From IMG/VR virus record IMGVR_UViG_2061766007_000711: a stretch of 46,387 nucleotides of DNA. One strand, given 5' to 3'. The notes beneath the pieces are model-generated. The model saw only the letters and a list, made by a program, of their open reading frames with translations, searched no databases and was not told where the DNA came from. The stretch is from an uncultured virus (IMG/VR IMGVR_UViG_2061766007_000711) (taxonomy: Duplodnaviria > Heunggongvirae > Uroviricota > Caudoviricetes). Position 1 is the stretch's first letter. Each line of letters opens with the position of its first letter. Positions 38,541 through 46,387 of the stretch are shown piece after piece. The position numbers and the translations under genes were made by a program.

Positions 38541-38758
38541 GTGGGGAACCGGGGTACCGGGTCTCCCGGGGGAGGAGACGGCGGTGCCGGGCGGCGGGCC
38601 CTGGTGATGTCGGCGGGGGCGTCCCCCCGGATTTCCCGGAGGACCCCGGCGAGTTCCCGGGTGGCCTTGGTGTTCTCCCGGATGGAGTCCGCGATTTCGT
38701 CAAGGGCGTTGATGAGCTGCGCCTGGAAGCGCTGCTCGCCTATGGTGGGTATGGACAT
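38510..38758 (-). CDS. hypothetical protein whose 3' end runs into element copy 8
   Basis: GGAGG RBS, TAATG coupling. Confidence 0.55.
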   Translation of the reverse strand: MSIPTIGEQRFQAQLINALDEIADSIRENTKATRELAGVLREIRGDAPADITRARRPAPPSPPPGDPVPRFPTTVPPGGRQG

Positions 38759-39725
38759 TAGCCTTCCTCCTTGTCGAGAAGGGTGAGGTTGACGGATTCC
38801 TTCCCGGGAATTTTCCCGGTACGGAGCCTGAGTCCCCCGGGGGTTGCCTCGAGGCTAGCCCCGTGCTTGGCGAGGATGGAGCCCATGCTGGCCATCAGGT
38901 ACTTGAGCTGGTTGACGTCCTGTTCCGGTATGGGCTTGGGTGCGGTTACCTCCGTGAAATTCTTGATGAGGAACGGGAGGGCATCGCGGTGGCTCCGGTA
39001 GATGTTCTTGGAGGGAGTGCCGTCCTTGCCCGGTATGGTGATGCCGCACATGTACTTGGTGTCGCCTTCCGGGAAGAAGGACTCGAAGACCTTGATTTCC
39101 GGGGCGTCGCTATTGGGCGTGACCTGTCGGGCGGTCAGTTCGTTGTCAATCCTGANNNNNNNNNNCGGGGAGTGCCGTCCTTGCCCGGTATGGTGATGCC
39201 GCACATGTACTTGGTGTCGCCTTCCGGGAAGAAGGACTCGAAGACCTTGATTTCCGGGGTGTCGCGCTTGGGATTGACCTGGCGGGCGGTGAGCTCGTTG
39301 TCAATCCTGAGGAACTTCACCGTGGTGACCGGGGCGGATGTGGTGATTCCCGGGACGGACTCCACGAGCTTGACTAGGGAAGTCTGGAGGTTGCGGATGT
39401 CGTCGTAGGCCTTGCGGAAGTCGGCCATGCAGTCCGTGGGTTTCGCAGTCTTCTGCTTGGCATTGTAGAACTCCGCGAAGCACTTGGCGGCGTCCTCGAC
39501 GAAGTCGGGATTGCCTACAGAGTCGAAGGACTTCCACTTGTTGTTCCTGGTGTCCCGTACGTGCAGTTCGTACTTGCCGTTCGCCGGGTCGTAGACGTTC
39601 TTGGTCAGGGAAACGCCGTCGGCCAGGATGAAGCCCTCGGGGTCGACCTGGCTCGGGATGTCGGGGAACGTCCTCCTGATGACGTAGTTGATTTCCTGGT
39701 ATGTATTGATATGCGGATTTGCCAT
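38758..39725 (-). CDS. hypothetical protein (MANPHINT...)
   Basis: AAGGAG RBS; internal gap duplication. Confidence 0.6.
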
Positions 39726-39804
39726 AGGTGTGTCTCCTTTAGTAAAAAAAANNNNNNNNNNATGCGGATTTGCCATAGGTGTGTCTCCTTTAGTAAAAAT
39801 TATT

Positions 39805-40230
39805 TTACTTGATTACCTTGATTTCCTTGAGCATGTCCTTGATGCCCTGTTCGGAGAACTGGAAGTCCTTTACCGTGGGCAGCTTTGGCGCCTTCGGGAC
39901 GGTGGATAGGTGGAGCCCGGTCTTCCCCGGCTTCTCCTTGTTGACCACGACGTCGACGTAGTACAGGCTGTCCTTCTTCCTGTCGACACTGATGCCGAAA
40001 TTGAAGACGACCAGGCTGGTTCCGCCGTGGACGGTATAGGTGTAGATGGGGTTGACGGACGCCTTCTTCTTGGAGATGGAGGTCACGAGGGTGTTGAACA
40101 TGTTGTGGAGGCCGTCCCCGATACGGAAGCCGAGGAGGTTGTACTCGCGGATGTTCTTGAACAGTTCCTTGGACTGTTCCTCCCGGGTCATCCCGGTAGT
40201 CTTCTTGGTGGTAGTCTTGGTCTTTGCCAT
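39805..40230 (-). CDS. hypothetical basic protein
   Basis: AGGAG RBS after element copy 9. Confidence 0.7.
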   Translation of the reverse strand: MAKTKTTTKKTTGMTREEQSKELFKNIREYNLLGFRIGDGLHNMFNTLVTSISKKKASVNPIYTYTVHGGTSLVVFNFGISVDRKKDSLYYVDVVVNKEKPGKTGLHLSTVPKAPKLPTVKDFQFSEQGIKDMLKEIKVIK

Positions 40231-40276
40231 AGGTATCTCCTGTAAATAAATAAAAAATTTTTCCGGTGACCCGGGG

Positions 40277-40322
40277 TTGCGACCGCCGGGGAGTTCCCGG
40301 TCGTCCCCCGGGAGGCACGGTG
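40277..40322 (-). promoter_or_regulatory. GC-rich element copy 9
   Basis: same consensus and spacing. Confidence 0.7.
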
Positions 40323-40365
40323 GTACGCAATAGGGGTTCCCCGGGGTTCCCTCCGGATAATCCGG

Positions 40366-40535
40366 TTATGCCTTGTAGATGTCGATGAAGTTGTCCTCGG
40401 AGTCGAGGTTCGTCTTGTCGATGGACTTCCTCACATACCACTTTTCCTTTCCGATGATTACCGGGCGGCAACCCTGGATAGGGGCATAGTCCGGGTCACC
40501 GGAGGACCACAGGTTTCCCTGGTTCTTCTTGTAAT
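40366..40535 (-). CDS. 3' fragment of hypothetical protein
   Basis: open frame YYKKNQG...DIYKA, rest in gap. Confidence 0.45.
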
Positions 40536-40903
40536 ANNNNNNNNNNNNNNNNNNNNNNNNNNNNNNNNNNNNNNNNNNNNNNNNNNNNNNNNNNNNNNNN
40601 NNNNNNNNNNNNNNNNNNNNNNNNNNNNNNNNNNNNNNNNNNNNNNNNNNNNNNNNNNNNNNNNNNNNNNNNNNNNNNNNNNNNNNNNNNNNNNNNNNNN
40701 NNNNNNNNNNNNNNNNNNNNNNNNNNNNNNNNNNNNNNNNNNNNNNNNNNNNNNNNNNNNNNNNNNNNNNNNNNNNNNNNNNNNNNNNNNNNNNNNNNNN
40801 NNNNNNNNNNNNNNNNNNNNNNNNNNNNNNNNNNNNNNNNNNNNNNNNNNNNNNNNNNNNNNNNNNNNNNNNNNNNNNNNNNNNNNNNNNNNNNNNNNNN
40901 NNG

Positions 40904-40926
40904 GTCGTCCCCCGGGGGGCACGGTG
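40904..40926 (-). promoter_or_regulatory. GC-rich element copy 10 (truncated by gap)
   Basis: GTCGTCCCCCGGG-GGG-CACGGTG. Confidence 0.55.
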
Positions 40927-41119
40927 GTGGACACCGGGAGATTCGAGGAGGTTCCCTGGAAGCTCTTCCGGGGACAGGCACGAATTCTCCGTGCCGGAAA
41001 ACGAAAGAACCCCCCGGGAGTTNNNNNNNNNNCTCCGCGTAGTAGTCGCAGCTTTCGAGGCTGTCGTCCACGGAGATGGTGAATTCCGGGTCNNNNNNNN
41101 NNGATGCTGTGCCATGGTA

Positions 41120-41416
41120 TTATTCCTCCACTACCTTCCCGTCGAGGATGGCGGCGAGCTCGTCGGCGTCGTCCCTGGAGGGCAGGTTTACGATGTAACG
41201 GTTTTCCGCGTAATAGTCGCAGCTTTCGAGGCTGTCGTCCACGGAGATGGTGAATTCCGGGTCGTCGAGGGCGAGGGACGAGTCGATGTCGCCGTCGCCG
41301 TCCGCGTAGAAGCGGGCGAAGAGCTCGTTGACTTCGTCAAAGACGGGTTCGCCGGAGAAGTGCTGGAGCACCTCGTCGATTCCCTCGTATGTAGTGATGT
41401 TCACTGTCTGTGCCAT
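41120..41416 (-). CDS. small very acidic hypothetical protein
   Basis: AGGAG RBS; Asp/Glu-rich 98 aa. Confidence 0.7.
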   Translation of the reverse strand: MAQTVNITTYEGIDEVLQHFSGEPVFDEVNELFARFYADGDGDIDSSLALDDPEFTISVDDSLESCDYYAENRYIVNLPSRDDADELAAILDGKVVEE

Positions 41417-41445
41417 AGGTTGTCTCCTGATTTGGGGATAATGGG

Positions 41446-41607
41446 TTAAAGTTTCTCAATTTTGTCCGAAACAGAAAACATTGCTTCGTAGTCGTCGCAT
41501 ACATCGGAAATTTCGTTGATGTAGTCAGTAAACAGGGTTTTCAGGTACTTCGCCTCTTTCTTGGTGAGGTTCAGCGTAATTGCCGTGGGTTTTGCATTTT
41601 TTGCCAT
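41446..41607 (-). CDS. small hypothetical protein (MAKNAKPT...)
   Basis: AAGGAG RBS after element copy 11. Confidence 0.6.
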   Translation of the reverse strand: MAKNAKPTAITLNLTKKEAKYLKTLFTDYINEISDVCDDYEAMFSVSDKIEKL

Positions 41608-41635
41608 AATTGTCTCCTTTGATGTTGCTATCCGG

Positions 41636-41681
41636 TTGCGACTGCCGGGGGATTCCCTGTCGTCCCCCGGGGGGCACGGTG
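41636..41681 (-). promoter_or_regulatory. GC-rich element copy 11
   Basis: same consensus and spacing. Confidence 0.7.
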
Positions 41682-41828
41682 GTGGACACCGGGTTTCTCG
41701 AAAGGCGCCTCTCGGAAGCTCTCCGGAGACAGGCACGAATTCTCCGTGCCGGAAAACGAAAGAACCCCCCGGGAGTTTCCCGGGAGGTTCCGTTCAGGAG
41801 ACAAAAAATATTTATTTACTTGGATGTA

Positions 41829-42558
41829 TCATCCAGGGAGGAATTTCCTGCTGATTTTCGAGTCGATTTTCCCGTTCTCGATGTGGAAGGTGAAATTGTC
41901 GGGGTCTGACTGCCCGTTCCAGGGGTCGTTGAAGTAGAAGTCCACGCACATGGCGTCGATTTCCCGGGAGAATTCGTTCGACATCTGGTCAAAGAGTTCC
42001 TTCACGTCGTCGCAGTCGCACTCGACGGATTCCCACGCGTTGTAGTCGGGGTAGCCGTGGAGGTTAGCGTAGAACGGGTATGGGTCTTCGTTCGCGGTAA
42101 CCATTTTCTCGAAGGCGCCGCGCCAGGCTGCGTAGAGCTGTCCGTAGGTGAAGTGCTGCTCGCCCACCAGTTCTCCCGGGTTGTACCCCTTGGGGAAGCC
42201 GGGAACCCTGTAGGGCTTGAAGCCGAGTCGCTTGGCTTCTGCAATGGAGGTCACCGGGGTCAGCTTGGTGACGCATTCGGTGCTGTCCTTCTTGAGGGTG
42301 ATGGCGAACCAGCGGGCATTGCTGGCGAGCGCCTGCTTGGCGAGCTTCAGTGTGGTCCTGTCGCCCTTCTTGTTCCATCCTATCTTGCCTTCCGCCCATT
42401 CCTTGATGATTTCCACGATTTCGCGGGTGACGGCAGTTCCTGCTGTAACCGCGTGGGGGCGGAGGTATCGGTCGAGTTCGATGTTCTTGTCCATAGCNNN
42501 NNNNNNNCGTGACCGCGTGGGGGCGGAGGTATCGGTCGAGTTCGATGTTCTTGTCCAT
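41829..42558 (-). CDS. hypothetical protein (MDKNIELD...)
   Basis: 221-aa ORF; start duplicated across gap (42494 and 42558). Confidence 0.65.
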
Positions 42559-42585
42559 AGTTGTCTCCTTTTTGGTATCTCCCGG

Positions 42586-42631
42586 TTGCGACGGGAGGGG
42601 CCGGTGCGGTCGTCCCCCGGGGAGCACGGTG
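42586..42631 (-). promoter_or_regulatory. GC-rich element copy 12 (allelic duplicate at 42708-42753)
   Basis: same boxes and spacing with unrelated N16 spacer sequence. Confidence 0.7.
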
Positions 42632-42946
42632 GTGGACACCGGGGTTTCCTGGAGCATCAGGGGCTGCCGCGGCNNNNNNNNNNTGTCTCCTTTTTGGTAC
42701 CTCCCAGTTGCGACGGGAGGGGCCGGTGCGGTCGTCCCCCGGGAGGCACGGTGGTGGACACCGGGGTTTCCTGGAGCATCAGGGGCTGCCGCGGCNNNNN
42801 NNNNNTGCACCGCGCCAGGCTGCGTAGAGCTGTCCGTAGGTGAAGTGCTGCTCGCCCACGGTTTCACCTGGGTCGTACCCCTTGGGGAAGCCGGGAACCC
42901 TGTAGGGCTTGAAGCCGAGTCGCTNNNNNNNNNNCCTATGGAAAGG

Positions 42947-43486
42947 TTATTGCTTGAGGAAGCCGAGCTCGAAGACCATCGGGAGCATCTTGTCCTTGAG
43001 GGCATTGAAGTCGGCCTTGAGCTGGGCGAACTGTTCCGGACAGCTTTCTTCGAAGAGTCCCTTAAGCTGTCTCCAGCCGCAGTCGTAGCGGTNNNNNNNN
43101 NNATTAACCCAAATGGTTGTAGATACGATACCAGAAAACCCGTGCCTCAATGCGATTTCTGCAGGGAGAGCCTTGACAACCATTTCCCAGGTTACCGTAG
43201 CGTTCTTTGCGGCACGCTTGAAACCGCGTTCGCCCGGCTGAACTTTCAAGTCGTTCATTCCCAGTTCGACAACGGCCTCGGCGAAGTCTTCGGGGTTACT
43301 GTCAATCCAGTCCTTGATTGCACACTTGACGTTGAGCTTAAAGTTCTTTTCCGTACTATGTACGGATTTGAGCAAAAAGACTCGGGTGCCGCCATCATCC
43401 TCGTTACACATTACCTTGTAGATGTAAGGATAATTGGCTTCTGCCGTCTCGTCGGCGAATTTCGGTAATACTGCTTTCTTTGCCAT
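42947..43486 (-). CDS. hypothetical protein (joined across a gap; may be two genes)
   Basis: AAGGAG RBS at start; 3' part beyond gap unverified. Confidence 0.5.
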   Translation of the reverse strand: MAKKAVLPKFADETAEANYPYIYKVMCNEDDGGTRVFLLKSVHSTEKNFKLNVKCAIKDWIDSNPEDFAEAVVELGMNDLKVQPGERGFKRAAKNATVTWEMVVKALPAEIALRHGFSGIVSTTIWVNXXXXRYDCGWRQLKGLFEESCPEQFAQLKADFNALKDKMLPMVFELGFLKQ

Positions 43487-43654
43487 AGTTATCTCCTTGG
43501 TGATTAAAATTTTAATGCTTGACTAATAGCCTTATATTAAAATTTGCAGTCGTCCAGCGCGCCCATGTCCCTCTCCTCCATCTCCGCCAGGAATTCCACG
43601 AGNNNNNNNNNNTCTTGTTCATAGGTTCCCTTTCCTAAATTAGATGTTTTACTC

Positions 43655-43862
43655 CTAGATTTTCCTTTCTTCCAGCGCGCCCATGTCCCTCTCCTCCATC
43701 TCCGCCAGGAATTCCACGAGTTCCCCGGCGTCGTCCAGGGAGGGCATGTCGAAATGCATCTCGAAGGAGTCGCCCGCAGCGTCCCCGGTGGCGACCTCGC
43801 CCTTCTCGCCGGAGAGGCGTTCGACGAGTGTAGCGTCATTGGCGCCCGCATAGAAATTGAAG
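43655..43862 (-). CDS. small acidic hypothetical protein (5' end in gap)
   Basis: open frame FNFYAGAND...ALEERKI. Confidence 0.5.
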
Positions 43863-43878
43863 NNNNNNNNNNTCGGGG

Positions 43879-43924
43879 TTGCGACTCCCTGCACCGGTAC
43901 GGTCCTCCCCGGGGGAGCACGGTG
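43879..43924 (-). promoter_or_regulatory. GC-rich element copy 14 (variant middle box GTCCTCCCCGGGG)
   Basis: outer boxes and spacing conserved. Confidence 0.65.
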
Positions 43925-44004
43925 GTGGACACCGGATTACCCCGGGGTACCCCCTGTCGTCTTCCGGAAGTTTCGGGATGCCGCATGCCGAGTACAGTAT
44001 ATCC

Positions 44005-44040
44005 AAAAAAGGAACCTCCCGTGGGGTAACGGGAGGTTCC
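44005..44040 (-). terminator. intrinsic terminator
   Basis: GGAACCTCCCGT-GGGGTA-ACGGGAGGTTCC with T6 on - strand. Confidence 0.75.
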
Positions 44041-44065
44041 TGCTGTGGAATAAAANNNNNNNNNN

Positions 44066-46282
44066 CCTTGTGGTATTCAGGGCGGGCCTTGGCGGAAGCC
44101 TTGAGACAGGTCTTGAAATCGTCCAGAACCTTCTGGCCTTCCGGGGTGAGGTCGGCCAGCTTGTCGGCGATGAAGCGCTTTTCGTCCTTGGAGTTCTGCT
44201 TCCAGGGGAGGCCGAGGAGTTCGTAGGTCTCCTTCTTGCTGAACGGGTAGAAGTTGTTCTTGAAGTCGTATGATTCCCCGTCAACCTCACCCTTGATTGA
44301 GGTCTGGTTGGATGCCGAGTGGAACATGGAAAGTACATAGCAGTCCTTCTGCCATTCAGCATACTGGACATTGGCTGTATCCGGAACCATGTAGCAGTCG
44401 CGGGTGTTGTACCACTTGTTTTCTACAAGTTTGCGGGCAGCAAATGCCGATACTACACGGTCGAAGNNNNNNNNNNNNNNNNNNNNNNTGACCTACTGTG
44501 CAGGGTAGTGAAGCAAGGGTAACATATTGAGCATTGCGGTTTATACCATTGGAATCATTGACGAAATATCCAAGTGAGCCATCACAAATGGTTCCATTTG
44601 CATTACCGCTATTCTTGGTTCGGCAGTTAATACCATCAGTTGTATTTACGCTTGGCTTACAATTAGGAAGCACACCGCGAACCCAGTCAGACATCTTTTC
44701 CATTCCGTCCAGATTATAGTAGGTATGCTGGCCTATGCAGGTAAGTTCTTGACCGTACTGGTTTTCCAGGAGGTCTACCGGGAATTCCGTCTGTAGTTCA
44801 TGGGAATGCTTCTCCATAGTCCATACGGAAAAGTTAATTGCCCAGCCTGATTTTACTCCGGCGAACTCTTCGGAATGGAATCCGAACGAGTTGTCAAAGG
44901 TGAACTTGCCCAGCCAAGCCTCGCGGAACTTCTCGCAAGCGTCCCCTGTAATCCATGCCGGATTGGAAAATAATCCGACGGTCACCTTAGTGAGCTTGAA
45001 CTCCTTGATAAGTTCGAGTATACGGTAGAGGAACTGGACAGTGAGCTCGTTTGCCGCCTTTCCCATTCCGGCGGCCGTCATGCGCGCCTTGACGGCGGTC
45101 TTGGACGACTCTTTCTTGCAGTCGCCACCCTTGTTTGCACCTTCACCTGTGCCGGAATATGGCGGATTTTGAATAAAAACAATATTCTTGTCCTTGTTTG
45201 CCTTGAGGGCGGCCACCAGCTTCTTCGGGAGGGTGGCGGTTGCACCGTTCAAGAAGTCGAAAACGAAAGTTTCCTGCGCTTCCTTAGAGAGGGAAGCGGA
45301 GCATTTGAGTTCGTTCTGGTCGAGCGTTGACAGCCAGAGATTGCCGAACTCGTAGTCACGGGTGAGACTTTTTGTTCCACAACAGCAGTCCCACGTCATG
45401 CATTCNNNNNNNNNNNNNNNNNNNNNNNNNNNNNNNNNNNNNNNNNNNNNNNNNNNNNNNNNNNNNNNNNNNNNNNNNNNNNNNNNNNNNNNNNNNNNNN
45501 NNNNNNNNNNNNNNNNNNNNNNNNNNNNNNNNNNNNNNCCGAAGCGTGCCTTGAACTGACGTGCCTTGGTTTCGTTGATGGCCACCGGGGCATAGTCGTC
45601 GATGCCCATGAGTTTGCCCTTGGCGATTACCGCGTCTTCCTGTCCCTTGACGAATGCATAAAAACGACCGACAAGTTCATTGGCGGACATTTCCTTGATG
45701 TCGGCAAGGATGGAAGTGCAAAAATAATCGAAGCCCTTCTTCAGGGTGCCGGGCGTCACTGGGACTATGCGGNNNNNNNNNNNTCGATTTTTTCAAAAAT
45801 TTTTTCGGGGCTGAAGTCGGTCTCGTCAATGTGGTAAACGATTGCCTGCGTCTGCAATTCCGTATCCTTTATGAGCGCTTCAATCAGTTTAGTGTTGTTG
45901 TACTGTGCGCTGGGTGCAAGGCTATCGTCAATCATACTTACGTATTGGTTCACGAAATTTACGTGCAGGGCGAAACATTCGTTCTTGTCGGCAACGAAGA
46001 TAACGTCCGGCGTGCGGAGGTCGGTCTTGCCGTTGAGGAAACGGGCATAGTAGTGGATGGCCTGCGTGAGAACCCTGGCACGNNNNNNNNNNNNNNNNNN
46101 NNNAACTCGATGAGCATGGCTTTCTTGTCGATGCTCAAGTATGCGTCGCACTTTTCACGACGGGTGAATACCACCTTCTTCCAGTGCTTCTTGAATGCGC
46201 GGAGCCAAGCAATAGCTACCAGGCTTTCCTGGTCGGTAGCGTCGTTGGCGATTGCGCGGAGCTCCTTTTCGAGCTCGCTCAT
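44066..46282 (-). CDS. restriction-modification fusion-like enzyme: N-terminal PD-(D/E)xK-like domain + amino-methyltransferase (fragmented by gaps)
   Basis: CDAYL...MLIE and LTQAIHYY N-domain; WDCCCGT (SAM motif I), STLD, FDFLN, QNPPY (motif IV). Confidence 0.7.
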
Positions 46283-46387
46283 TCTGACTTTAGNNNNNNN
46301 NNNTAGTTCGGCAACGGCCTCGGAGAAGTCTTCGGGATTACTGTCAATCCAGTCCTTGATTGCACACTTGACGTTGAGCTTAAAGTT

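Noticed and set aside
26212..43924. GC element as a sigma54 promoter (GGCACG and TTGC present)
   Set aside because: Boxes are in the wrong order and 39 bp apart rather than GGCAC-N5-TTGC, and on the strand opposite to the downstream genes
26212..43924. GC element as dispersed CRISPR repeat, attC site or conserved RNA hairpin
   Set aside because: No ATTGAAA handle or GTTRRRY core; hairpin pairing in N16 exists in some copies (34765, 40277) but not others (26212, 42586), whereas spacer length is invariant
1..46387. tRNA or rRNA genes (expected given the CCA enzyme)
   Set aside because: No cloverleaf with T-loop GTTCRA pattern noticed in intergenic regions

Overview
Gapped (many 10-N joins with near-duplicate flanks, i.e. 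a strain-heterogeneous metagenomic scaffold) segment of what looks like a large/jumbo phage genome: dense, mostly hypothetical genes, no core housekeeping operons. The left ~20 kb is mostly + strand and carries accessory genes (DUF2201/VWA protein plus MoxR-type AAA ATPase, CCA-adding enzyme, PQ-loop protein, HAD hydrolase, DUF932, CoaE-like kinase, SprT-like protease, a proline-linker surface/tail-like protein). Everything from 20.5 kb onward is on the - strand (HNH and GIY-YIG homing endonucleases, a very divergent sigma70-family factor, RadC/JAB, FtsK-motor ATPase, DMP19-like acidic protein, SpoVG, pentapeptide-repeat protein, a restriction-modification fusion enzyme). Three distinct upstream motifs partition the window: host-like CTATATTT(G), a T4-late-like ATAAACTA, and a GC-rich element (minus strand CACCGTG-N3-CCCGGGGGACGAC-N16-GTCGCAA) with invariant spacing in 12 complete copies that heads the transcription units from 26 to 44 kb. 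I propose this element as the cognate promoter of the phage sigma factor and as a gene-shuffling site (inference). A cas-less CRISPR array (at least 16 repeats of 28 bp) lies inside this region. The host is tentatively Fibrobacter/FCB group (inference only).
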